Assembly: GCA_963762565.1 (NCBI GenBank)
Contig: CAVXLD010000010.1
Coordinates: 32,001 to 96,000 of the forward strand
Direction of reading: 5' to 3'
Length of the DNA stretch: 64,000 nt
Source of the DNA: an uncultured Verrucomicrobiae bacterium
Lineage (GTDB): Bacteria; Verrucomicrobiota; Verrucomicrobiia; Chthoniobacterales; JAFAMB01
Every line of letters begins with the position of its first letter. Position 1 is the stretch's first letter. This document shows, piece by piece, positions 20,451 through 30,300 of this stretch. A program made the position numbers and the translations under genes. The notes beneath the pieces are model-generated. The model was not told where the DNA came from, searched no databases, and was given only the letters and a program-made list of their open reading frames with translations.

Positions 20451-20820
20451 AACTACACTTCTGCGTGAAGGGAAAAGTGTAGTTGTTCCTTGACGGTCAT
20501 AAGAGCCGTCACTTGTTCCTTGTTAAGTGCGATCATAATCCAGTGGTCTTGGTGATGGGTCTAGATTAGTCAACGCCAAAGCCAGGACCACATGGAACAC
20601 GTTGGTAAACATCTGGGTTTCGTTAGTTATACGGACCTAGATAATGGTTCGGTGGTCTTTTCCAGCCTACAATCCCATGCGGGCTTGCTTCTTTGCCACT
20701 CATTGAATTGCGACGAAGCCTAGATGTTTGCTAACTTTCCCGTTATGAGGATGATGAGAAATGTGTGGTTACCGCTGCACTACCTGGTCGCGATAGCTCG
20801 GCTTGCCGTCGCGATCAGGT
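20451..20820 (+). ncRNA. Candidate ~370-nt structured ncRNA of unknown class
   Basis: Seven closely spaced stems, including an uninterrupted 24-bp helix (20601-24/20712-35) with 5 G-U pairs; no ORF of 60 aa or more in the track. Confidence 0.7.
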
Positions 20821-20997
20821 TTCTTTGCCCTGTTAGGTGCCCTAAAACATATAGGTTCTGATCTGCTCGACCTTGCCCGCTATGGCTGTTTTTTAAACGC
20901 GTTTTAGTGCCCAAAACTCAAATAGTCCCAGACTTACCCTTATCCGATACCAGTCCGAGCCTTAGACTTCAAAAATAATGTAGATAGCCTATCCAAA

Positions 20998-21840
20998 ATG
21001 TTCAGCGCATGCCCTTCCCAAAACTTAGCCAGCCACATAAAGACCCTCGGTTTTCCGTTCCGTCGACTCCCTACTTCACCGCGACGGAAAATTCCCCCTA
21101 GTGTCTGGTGGGTCCATAAAGCCTATGCCAGCCGACAAGCAGTCTCTCAGCTCGACATTGCCCGAGCCTTGCACGTTTCCACTGCCGCAGTATCCCGATG
21201 GGCGAAAAAAGGCGCACCTATTTCGGAAGGTCCCGAAGCCTGCCGTAAATGGCAAAAAGCTAACATTTTCAGAGGCAAACCCGCCCATAAAGCAGTTACT
21301 CAATCACATTCTCAGGTTCAAATCATTTCCGCATTACCCGAGGTGGTTAGCTTTATGCAGTCAATTGCCCACATGGGCAAAAGATATGTGGATGGTCACA
21401 CGGGCAAACCCGTTTCGGTTGGTGGTCGACTAGCTACGCTAGTAGGTCGGACCCTGAACAACAATACAACCAGCATGGTCTTGAAAAAGTTTACCATTCC
21501 CGTCTACAGATCCAGCCGACCTGGCAGGTCACATACATATGCCAGCAAGTTTTCTATAGAGGTTCGGGAAAGTCGCGGCAGACACACTACAAAATTTTGT
21601 GTGCTCGACCAGTGGGGAGTGTGCCTAAGTGTTTGGGACTGGCATTTTGAAGCCGTGGCTGATATGCGCAGGCTACAAGCCCAAGTGGATTTCGAAGCAG
21701 AAACGCAAGCAAGGCTTTTTCGCCACGGCAGACCTAAAGCCCAGAAAAAGGACCTCGAGCAGCTGGACGATGAGAACCTCGAGGACCAACCCGAGGACGA
21801 GGACGAGATTGAAGCCGAGGCGGAATTAGTCGCAGCTTGA
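20998..21840 (+). CDS. Second Nu1-like HTH protein with acidic C-terminus (true start possibly ATG 21125 with a frameshift)
   Basis: VSQLDIARALHVSTAAVSRWAKKGAP...CRKW pattern, paralogous in outline to 14693-15025. Confidence 0.55.
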   Translation: MFSACPSQNLASHIKTLGFPFRRLPTSPRRKIPPSVWWVHKAYASRQAVSQLDIARALHVSTAAVSRWAKKGAPISEGPEACRKWQKANIFRGKPAHKAVTQSHSQVQIISALPEVVSFMQSIAHMGKRYVDGHTGKPVSVGGRLATLVGRTLNNNTTSMVLKKFTIPVYRSSRPGRSHTYASKFSIEVRESRGRHTTKFCVLDQWGVCLSVWDWHFEAVADMRRLQAQVDFEAETQARLFRHGRPKAQKKDLEQLDDENLEDQPEDEDEIEAEAELVAA

Positions 21841-21996
21841 ACGCCCTAGGACGCCCTAGGAATCGTTTTGATGCTCAAAAACGGGCTCCGTGAGACCATC
21901 CTGTACCAATGCTGCGACGCAGCATGGGGCAAACTGGGAACGGCTAAGGCTATGTTTGCCTACTAGGTCACCCGTCATCCGTCATTGCGAGAATCT

Positions 21997-23259
21997 CTAA
22001 AACGGCGCTAAGGGAAACTCTGTGTCTAGTTTTTCCCATCGAGCTTTCTGCTTAGAATTTAATCGCTCTACTGCGTCCCTAGCATTTGCAGCTTCTCCTG
22101 GTAATGTAGTGGGACGTTTGGCTATATCAGCCAGAACCTTCATCTTTGGAAGTTCTGTTATCTCCTTCTTTATTAGGTCGTGGACCGCTTGGTTCCGCTC
22201 CCGTGTCTTCCGAATCCTGGCACCTTCATAATTCCGACCTTGCACCTTGCCGCCTAACCTCATCACTGGTTTAAGCCGCGGATCTCGAGAACAATGTTTT
22301 CGGTTGTCATACAAATAATGAGCGTATTCGGCTAGGTCCATTTTCTGTGTGCGTTTTGTGTGTGCTCTTGCCTGGAACCAACGCACAATTTCCCGCGTCT
22401 TTTCACTCCGCAGTATCCACTTGATTACGGGGTCATTATTTGGATCTATTTCAGCCTGTTCGTGGTCGTGATAACATGGTGGCATTTCACTAAGCAATTC
22501 CCACCATTTCTCTTGCGCTTCGGTCTTAGGCTTTAGTTGTTGTGATTTTGCGAAAACCTTGGCTGCGTCAACGTCTGAACGTGTTGGGTTACATACCGAT
22601 GGGTCCGAACCACTCCACAAACCGTTGCCGTGATATTTGAAAAATCCTTTAGCTTGGCGACCGATGTTTAAGATTCGGTATGCCTCCACTTCGTCACAGT
22701 CTTCTATCCGCATTATCTCAAGTATCAGCTCGGACCTCGACCGTATCCTGATTTTAGAAAGCCTGAAACGATAGGTGTCCTTGTATATCTGCCCACCAGA
22801 ATACCGAACACCGTCCTTGCCATGTGGTGGCAGTTTTCCGATAGTGACATTAGGTGCCGTTGTCTTATAACCGCGCCATTTTTCTGGATCTTCACCAGCT
22901 TTCTTATTCCCCCGAATGACAAAAATGCTATTCTCGATTGTCTCAAGTTCCGCCTGACTAGCTTTTCGTCCCTTGGCATACTGGAGCCCAGCCATTGACC
23001 TCAACGACTTTGTGCTCATCGCATCCCAGAACTCGGTCACATACTTAGCTTGCTCGGGAGCGAAACCATTCGCTTGGTCCCATTCTGTAAATAACGGGTA
23101 CCGATTATCTTTGTGAGCTAATGCAATAGACCGCAACCAATCGGATATAGTTTGCAGACCGTATCCGCTTTTGAATCTATCGAAACCAACCCTTCGGTTA
23201 TTCTCCTGATTCTCTTGGGCAGTCTTTATCCACTCCTCTGCTCTTTTGCTATGTTTCAT
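21997..23259 (-). CDS. Hypothetical basic protein, 420 aa, with DUF2786-like C-terminal helices
   Basis: KMKVLADIAKRPTTLPGEAANARDAVERL resembles the DUF2786 pattern. Confidence 0.7.
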   Translation of the reverse strand: MKHSKRAEEWIKTAQENQENNRRVGFDRFKSGYGLQTISDWLRSIALAHKDNRYPLFTEWDQANGFAPEQAKYVTEFWDAMSTKSLRSMAGLQYAKGRKASQAELETIENSIFVIRGNKKAGEDPEKWRGYKTTAPNVTIGKLPPHGKDGVRYSGGQIYKDTYRFRLSKIRIRSRSELILEIMRIEDCDEVEAYRILNIGRQAKGFFKYHGNGLWSGSDPSVCNPTRSDVDAAKVFAKSQQLKPKTEAQEKWWELLSEMPPCYHDHEQAEIDPNNDPVIKWILRSEKTREIVRWFQARAHTKRTQKMDLAEYAHYLYDNRKHCSRDPRLKPVMRLGGKVQGRNYEGARIRKTRERNQAVHDLIKKEITELPKMKVLADIAKRPTTLPGEAANARDAVERLNSKQKARWEKLDTEFPLAPF

Positions 23260-23415
23260 GGGTTAGGTGCGGCTCCCTTCTTATTTCCAGCGAGTTGCCA
23301 CGGGCGACGCGAGTCTTCGAGCGGCGGGTGCCCGTGTTGCACGAGCGGCTGGAATAGTCCTGAAATTTGGGCACACTCCTGACAAACCCAACTTTTTCTC
23401 TTTCTTCTTCTTTGG

Positions 23416-23619
23416 CTCTTCTTAGTAGCAGCTGGGAACCCTCGTTTTGCTCGCTGACTCGCAAAATCCCAGCTGTATCTAAGAAGAGATATGCCACATA
23501 CTGGTATGAGGACCATCGCAGGGGGGTGGTCATACCAAAACGTAGCCTTAGCCTGGGGAGTGGTTTTTCGAAATCGTAAAAATAAGAGAGGGAGGGGTCC
23601 CTCATACCAAAACGTAGCC
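23416..23619. other. Candidate origin: long hairpin plus two 18-bp direct repeats
   Basis: Nested IRs 23416-25/23479-88, 23429-37/23467-75, 23445-50/23461-66; TCATACCAAAACGTAGCC at 23530 and 23602. Confidence 0.5.
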
Positions 23620-23779
23620 CTAGAATCCCTACTAGGTGTGTGGGGTAGTGGCAGAAAATGCGAGAAAATCCCGTTGCGACGTCGGCAGGAATAGTTGATA
23701 ATGTCGAAGTCGTTAGTTGTTATCATCAGTTCACAGCCGCTCTCGTAAGGAGCGGTTGAACTGTTTAAAGGGGGTCCGG

Positions 23780-23989
23780 TCATTTTTCCACCACCTTCTT
23801 CTTCGGTCGCCCGGCCGGTTTGAATCCACCTGATGCCAGGAATTTGTCGACGTCCTCTGGCTCGATCAAGAACATGTAGCCGTAGCGTTCGGCAGGGAGC
23901 CTGCCGTCGTGTACGTATCGATTGATGGTTAGTGTGCCTTTATTAAGTTTAGCAGCCACTTGGGGAATGGTTAGTAGTCTAGGTCTCAT
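23780..23989 (-). CDS. HTH_17 excisionase-like DNA-binding protein
   Basis: LLTIPQVAAKL...TINRYVHDGRLPA...IEPEDVDKF, then a GRPKK tail. Confidence 0.85.
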   Translation of the reverse strand: MRPRLLTIPQVAAKLNKGTLTINRYVHDGRLPAERYGYMFLIEPEDVDKFLASGGFKPAGRPKKKVVEK

Positions 23990-24063
23990 AGATATAACTT
24001 TCTAATATCTAGGACTACGCCGATCCCAGATAGTACGAAAATGATCGAACTATTTTTTCACGC

Positions 24064-25608
24064 TCACACTGCCTCGTCCTCGTCCTCATCATCCGATTCC
24101 TGCGTGAACGTACGGTGATCGATTAGTTTCTGGGTCGCACGTACAAAGCCGTCATCGGTAGTGAATAACGGTTCGTCAGCCGGTTCGTCCGTAATCTCAG
24201 GCTCAGGTAATTCGAGTGTTGGGACCTGGGTCAGCACATCGGCTATCAATGCATCGCTCCGGCTATTCACCTCACGTAAGAGTGCCGCCGCGTCGTTGTA
24301 CTGCGCATTTGCCCGTCGTGTGTATTCCACTGCCTCCAAATATCGCGGGTGCGCTTGTAGCTTCTGGTTGGCGTTGGCATACCAAGCGTCCTGTGCTTCC
24401 TTCACCCGACCGGCTAGGGTAAAATCGAAGAACGGTTTGACGGCATCACGTGCGATCTGCTCCATGATCTCGGGGTGCAGTGCGCACAGACTATCGATCT
24501 CGGTCTGCTCGTGGTGCATCGCAGCCATCCACTTTTCTCTGCGCTTCTCTGTTTCTTTCAGCGGCGTATCGGGCAAACCGTATTCGATGACTTGTTTTAG
24601 GCTTAAGGCAACTGGATAAAGCTCGATATCAAAGCTGTGCCCGTTCTTCTCCAGTAGTGCCTGCAGCTTACGCGCACAGGTTACCGGCATCGTATATCCG
24701 CTCGGGTCGAGGTCTGAGAAATAGAGCAGGATCAATGGTCTGCCGTCATCGGCTGCTTTGTCCTCCAGTTCCCAAATCATGGCATTCGACAACTCGCCGG
24801 TAGGTAACCACAGCTCACCTCTGACATCTTTAGCAATCGGTGACAGAACATCTTTAAGCGACGACTTCTCACCGACCATTACGATGTGGTAGGGCTGGCG
24901 CTGTTCGACAGCCGGACAGTTCACTGATGGCTTCAGGTACTCAATGGGTCCTATATTATGACCACAGAACAAGCTCGGGTCTGGTTGACCTGACTCCTCA
25001 AAGGTGAATATTTCAGGTCGTGCATTGCGGTGATCGACAATGCGATTGAAGGGTATGTAGTCCAGCCAGCGGGCAGCATCGGCTAGGTCGCCAAGGATCA
25101 CGTAAAATCGATTGTTGTTCTTGTACTGCTTTCCACATTTGCACTCCATGCCGTCAGGCAGATAAACGCCCTTATCGCTAAGGATGTAGTGGAGACCTCT
25201 GATGTGGATCGTGCGACCGGCTGGTACGTAACGATCTACCATCTCGGCGAACCACTTGGCTTTTTCGTGTCCCAGCTTAGTGCTGTATCGGTACGGGTCA
25301 TTCTGATAAGACATCACGGTCAGGTCGCGCCAGTCTGCTATGCCGTTAGCGTCAGCTTCTCGGGTGATCTGATCGTACAACTTACCGCTGCCGCTGAGGT
25401 CTTCTCCCCGTTCCGCTTCCAGCTCCAATGCAAGCGCCATCACTTCACGGCGACGGCATGTGGTCGCGTTGCCCTTACCCTTACCACCATGGTGGACAGG
25501 AGTAAGCCGACCGGCATTGATGTAGTTGAAAACTGTGGTGGGGCTTTTCCCGAGTATCTGTGCGATCTCGTTCACCCCAATAACATCGTTGTCTCTCAAG
25601 ACTGTCAT
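24064..25608 (-). CDS. HTH fused to Spo11/Topo VI-A/JetD-like (winged-helix + TOPRIM) protein
   Basis: N-terminal HTH_17; IRGLHYIL; VGEKSSL; LYFSDLDPSG (DxD); VALS..QV..YGLP; TEIDSL. Confidence 0.75.
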   Translation of the reverse strand: MTVLRDNDVIGVNEIAQILGKSPTTVFNYINAGRLTPVHHGGKGKGNATTCRRREVMALALELEAERGEDLSGSGKLYDQITREADANGIADWRDLTVMSYQNDPYRYSTKLGHEKAKWFAEMVDRYVPAGRTIHIRGLHYILSDKGVYLPDGMECKCGKQYKNNNRFYVILGDLADAARWLDYIPFNRIVDHRNARPEIFTFEESGQPDPSLFCGHNIGPIEYLKPSVNCPAVEQRQPYHIVMVGEKSSLKDVLSPIAKDVRGELWLPTGELSNAMIWELEDKAADDGRPLILLYFSDLDPSGYTMPVTCARKLQALLEKNGHSFDIELYPVALSLKQVIEYGLPDTPLKETEKRREKWMAAMHHEQTEIDSLCALHPEIMEQIARDAVKPFFDFTLAGRVKEAQDAWYANANQKLQAHPRYLEAVEYTRRANAQYNDAAALLREVNSRSDALIADVLTQVPTLELPEPEITDEPADEPLFTTDDGFVRATQKLIDHRTFTQESDDEDEDEAV

Positions 25609-25913
25609 CGGGATCGTGACCCCTTTCTGTTCCGAGCTAGTAAGAGCCGGACCTGTAAATCACAGTGCGGAAATTGATCTCGCCGACCACTGTGATTTAG
25701 CTCACCGAGCACGTCAGCTCTCAACACAGCCGGATCGATCCCAGCCCGTTCCGCGGCCTGGAGGATTCCGCGGATATAGAATTGGATGCGGTGAAGATAC
25801 TCTTCTCGATTTAGGGCATCTGGTGCCGGTTGGACGTCTGGCAATGGCACTGACGGCACCAGTGCCGGAGTAGGTCGCATCGGAGCGAAAAAGGATTTTA
25901 CGGGTGTGCTCAC
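25605..25913 (-). CDS. Hypothetical protein
   Basis: 102 aa; 4-bp overlaps with both neighbours. Confidence 0.55.
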   Translation of the reverse strand: MSTPVKSFFAPMRPTPALVPSVPLPDVQPAPDALNREEYLHRIQFYIRGILQAAERAGIDPAVLRADVLGELNHSGRRDQFPHCDLQVRLLLARNRKGSRSR

Positions 25914-26125
25914 TTCTCCACCCCTCTCGATAGTAGCGCCAAAGCTTCCTCGGCCCGTTGGAGTGGAATCAAGATCGTTTTCTGGATCTTGATATAAGGC
26001 AGGAGACCGCGATTAATCCAGTCCCTGACCGTGTATTTTGAAATGCCTTTTAGCTTGGCAAACTGCTCAACCCGAAGACACCGCGCTTCTATTATTGCCG
26101 GGCTCTCCGGCTCTTTTGGTTTCAT
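25910..26125 (-). CDS. Excisionase/AlpA-like HTH_17 protein
   Basis: LRVEQFAKLKGISKYTVRDWINRGLLPYIKIQKTILIP; first gene inside the right att. Confidence 0.85.
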   Translation of the reverse strand: MKPKEPESPAIIEARCLRVEQFAKLKGISKYTVRDWINRGLLPYIKIQKTILIPLQRAEEALALLSRGVEK

Positions 26126-26323
26126 GAAGTGGTGTCATAAGGATTGGGTTTTCTGTCCCTACGGTCACCTTACCACATATCCAGTGACATTCCATCGTAA
26201 AATCTGGATATCTTGATAGATTTACGAACCTCGAGGGAAAGCGTGACTATAGCGTGACTGGACCGAATGAGGAGAAGTTCAAAGAAAAGAATTCTAGTCG
26301 TAATCAGTTGAATATAAACGACT

Positions 26324-26405
26324 TGCCGGAGAGGGGACTCGAACCCCTAAGGATTGCTCCACCAGATCCTAAGTCTGGCGCGTCTGCCAATTTCGCCACC
26401 CCGGC
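26324..26405 (-). tRNA. tRNA-Leu(TAG)
   Basis: GCCGGGG acceptor stem, CCAGA-CTTAGGA-TCTGG anticodon arm, long variable arm, GGTTCGAGTCC T-arm; CCA not encoded. Confidence 0.97.
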
Positions 26406-26509
26406 CTAAAGGAAAGGAACTGCGATTAAGCCATAGTTCCATTCAAAAATCAATTGGACGCAACCCCAGGCAGTTTCACAGGAAGATCACAAAGGCCGCA
26501 AAGGCTGAT

Positions 26510-26962
26510 TCTTTAACCGGCGTCGCAAACGGCTTCATTTTGCATGACCCACAACACTGGTTGGGCGCCGTTCAACAACGCCTCCGTCAGCCGTTCCCGG
26601 AACCGTTGATCCGAGCGATTATCGATAAGAACCGGCCAGTGCTCGGTGGCGGCATGCAATCCTGTTACCTGGCGCAAATGAAGGCCGCGATCACTCTCGG
26701 GGATCTGATCAGTCTTAACCATCGGGTAGCAGTCTGGATCGCCAGTTATACCGATATTCTTTTTGCGGTGAACCGCAGGTTTCATCCAGGCGAGAAACGG
26801 CTTTTGATGTATCTGAAAGATTTGCCTGACAAGCCTGAGAACGCTCTGGAAGATGTTCCTCGACTTTGCGCGTTGGCAGGTAGCCTTTCCTCCCCGATCG
26901 TCGAGCAGGTTTCCGACATGTTGAGCAGGTTGGATCGGTGGATGGAAAAGAACGGATTTTAG
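26510..26962 (+). pseudogene. C-terminal fragment of a DUF4037-like protein
   Basis: ILHDP..WL, FPEPL, SYTDILFAVNRRFHPGEKRL; no credible N-terminus; start approximate. Confidence 0.55.
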
Positions 26963-27087
26963 CGAACCCTGGGATTGCTAGCTGCCTCCCGCAGGCTCAA
27001 TCCGAGCTAAGCTCTGGCACCGTTTCCGACTTCGCCCCATCTCCCCCCTTTAGCTCCGTCGGACAAGTCGAGGCTGTCGGCCTCGCA

Positions 27088-27255
27088 CCTGTCGCGCCGT
27101 AGGCTTTGCGGAGGCGGAAGCGAGGCAGCGCTTCACGGGTGGCGACCCCTTTCGGCCTCGCTACCTGTCGCGCCGTAGGCTTGGCGGAGGCGGAAGCGAG
27201 GCAGCGCTCCACGGTGCCGACCGCTTCGGCCTTGCAAGCAAGGCGCGCTCCACGG
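27088..27255. repeat. Tandem REP-like units (CCTGTCGCGCCGTAGGCTT.GCGGAGGCGGAA / GCGAGGCAGCGCTCCACGG)
   Basis: Two near-identical units; motifs recur at 33882, 34182 and 50944. Confidence 0.7.
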
Positions 27256-27359
27256 GGCGCGACCCTGCCTCTCACCTCTCACCAATCACTTCTCACCTCT
27301 CACTTTTCGGTCCCATCGGCTTGTGGTCGACCCCTAGCCGAATTAACTTTCTCCCTTAC

Positions 27360-30300
27360 ATGGCTGACTCGTTTGTTCATCTCCATCTGCACACTGAATA
27401 CTCTCTCCTAGACGGCGCGATACGGATCCCGGAGCTCATGAAAAAGTCGATCGAGTACGGGATGCCGGCGGTCGCCATTAGCGACCACGGCAACATGCAT
27501 GGGGTGATCGAGTTTTATCAGGCTGCGCAGAAGGCCGGAATTAAGCCGATTGTCGGTTGCGAAGTTTATATGGCGCCAGGCAAGAGGGAAGATCGAAGCG
27601 CCAACTCCGCCAGAGATGCTTCGTTCCATTTCAATTTGTTAGCAAAGGATTTCACCGGCTATAGCAACTTGCTGAAGCTCGTCTCGGAGGCGTACCTGAC
27701 CGGGTTCCATTACAAGCCGAGAATTGATAAGGAGTTACTGGCTGCCCACAGCAAAGGGTTGATCGGTCTGAGTTCTTGTCTCAAAGGAGAAATTAGTGTC
27801 GCCATTCAAAACGGCGATCTGAAGAAGGCCGAAGAAACGGCGGGCATCTTCCGGGATATTTTCGGTCCAGGTAATTTCTTCCTGGAGATGCAAGACCACG
27901 GGTTGGAGCAACAACACTTGGTCAACAGTCAACTGAAGAAGATGGCGGCCAAGCTGGACCTACCGTTGGTGGCAACCAACGACGCCCATTTTCTCGAACG
28001 ATCCCATCACGAGGCCCACGATGTGATGATCTGTATCGGCACCGGCGCGATGGTCCACGACGAGCGCCGGATGCGGTATCCGACGGAAGTTTATTTCAAG
28101 TCGCCAACAGAAATGGCGGCCTTATTCGGAGATTGTCCAGAGGCGCTGACCAATACCCTCAGGATCGCAGAAATGTGCGATTTAAAGCTGGAGTTCGGTG
28201 TTTCAAAATATCCGGCTTATGAACCGCCAATCGGTAAAACCAGAGAAAGTTATCTCCGGGAGCTTTGTTACGACGGGTTAGGCCGGCGATTCGGAGAGCG
28301 CGCCGAGACGGACAAAGAGCTGCGCAATCGCTTGGATTACGAGCTTTCGGTGATCGAAAAGACCGGGTTTACCAGCTATTTCTTGATCGTCTGGGATTTT
28401 ATTCATTTTGCGAAGTCGCACGGGATTCCCGTCGGCCCCGGGCGTGGTTCGGCGGCTGGTTCGTTGATCGCCTACGCGCTCGCTATTACCGACCTTGACC
28501 CCCTCCGGTTTGGTTTGATTTTCGAGCGGTTTTTGAATCCGGAGCGGGTCAGTCCCCCGGATATTGACGTTGATTTTTGCCAGAACCGGCGAGGTGAAGT
28601 TATCGAGTACGTGCGCCAGAAATACGGAGACCGCGCGGTCTCGCAAATCATCACGTTTGGAACGTTGGGCGCAAAAAGCGTGGTTCGCGATGTTGGCCGG
28701 GTTCTCGGGCTGAGTTATTCAGATGCTGATCGGATCGCTAAAATGATCCCGAACGAGCTGGGTATCACCCTCTCGTCCGCTTACGAGAAAAATCCAGAAC
28801 TCAAACAAGCAGTCGACACCGAAGAATCGACCCAGCAGTTATGGGGCTTGGCGACTCTACTGGAAGGGTTAACCCGAAATACCGGGATTCATGCCGCCGG
28901 CGTTGTCATCGGTGACAAGCCGCTCGATGAATACATTCCGCTGTGCCGTGGAAACGACGACGAGGTGGTGACCCAATACGCCATGGGTCCCCTCACCGAC
29001 CTGGGAATGCTTAAAATGGATTTCCTCGGGTTGAAAACGCTCACCGTCCTCGACGATGCCGCGGCCTTGATCCGTCAAAGTGACGCGCAGTTCTCACTGG
29101 AAAATATTTCGTTAGAAGATCGATCTACGTTTGATCTGTTGAACCGGGGAGAAACGATTGGGGTCTTCCAGTTGGAATCTGGCGGGATGACCAACCTGTG
29201 TAAGCAGTTCGATGTCAATGCCATCGGCGATATCATTGCGTTGATCGCGCTTTATCGGCCCGGGCCGATGGAGCTCATCCCGGACTATATCAAGCGGAAA
29301 AAAGGATTAACCAAGATCAAGTACGAACATCCGCTTCTAAAAGAGGTCTGTGCGGACACATACGGGGTCATGATTTATCAGGAACAGGTGCAACGAGCGG
29401 CCAATGTGCTCGCTGGATACACACTGGGCCAGGCAGATCTCCTCCGGCGCGCAATGGGCAAAAAGGACAAGGAGAAGATGGCAAAGGAGCGAGGCAATTT
29501 CATCGCCGGATGCAAACGGGTAAATGACATCGATGAGAAGAAGGCGAACTCGATCTTCGATCTATTGGAAAAGTTCGCCGGGTACGGCTTTAACAAGAGC
29601 CATAGCGCCGCCTACGGATTGATCAGTTACCAAACCGCTTATCTGAAGGCGAATTATCCAGTTGAGTTCATGGCTGGGTTACTAAGCAATGAAGTGAACA
29701 ACACCGACAAGATTTCGGTGTTCGTTGCCGAATGCCAACGCATGGGAATGGCGATCTTGCCGCCAGATATCAATCGGAGCAGCCTTAAGTTTGTCCCGGA
29801 AACGACTGAACGCGGACACGGGATCCGTTATGGGTTAGCCGCTATTAAGAATATCGGCGAAGCCTCGATGGTTGCAGCGATCAAGGAACGAGAGAAAGCC
29901 GGTCCGTTTAAATCGTTGGATGATTATTGTGGCCGCCTGGATTCACGCTCGGTTAATCGGAAAAGCTTGGAAAGCTTGATCAGGGCCGGAGCATTTGATT
30001 TCACGGGTCAGGATCGGGCGCAACTATTTCCTCAGATTGATCAGGCGCTGGCTGCTGGCGCCGCCCTCCAAAGAGACCGTATGACCGGCCAAGTTTCGCT
30101 TTTTGGCGACCTTGAGCTCGCCCCGGCGGCCAAACGAAACGGGCGCACGACCGAATTCGCACCCTGGAGCCTGAGCGAGAAGCTCGCCTTTGAAAAGGAG
30201 TTGCTTGGGTTTTATGTCACGGGCCATCCCTTGGATGCTTACCGCGACCTGCTAGAAGGCGGCAAATACACCGCGATTACCGACCTGGGGAATCGAGAAG

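Larger units (their letters stand above)
7015..26375. mobile_element. tRNA-Leu-integrated element, ~19.3 kb, phage-satellite-like
   Basis: att direct repeats, integrase at one end, excisionase-like HTH at the other, mostly orphan genes, visibly more AT-rich than the flanks. Confidence 0.9.

Noticed and set aside
20451..20820. Group II intron, retron msr-msd or IS200/605 omega RNA
   Set aside because: No domain V motif, and no reverse transcriptase, IscB or TnpB in the window.
21841..21860. ACGCCCTAGG tandem duplication as a cos/pac site
   Set aside because: Only two copies and no independent support.
23249..23783. ORFs of 175 and 118 aa over the origin-like region
   Set aside because: Composition reflects the DNA repeats (ATFWY twice) and hairpin; probably non-coding.
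7015..26375. Complete prophage or ICE
   Set aside because: No recognisable structural, lysis, relaxase or T4SS genes.
26354..26509. N-terminus of the 202-aa ORF
   Set aside because: It is the antisense reading of tRNA-Leu and its upstream region.
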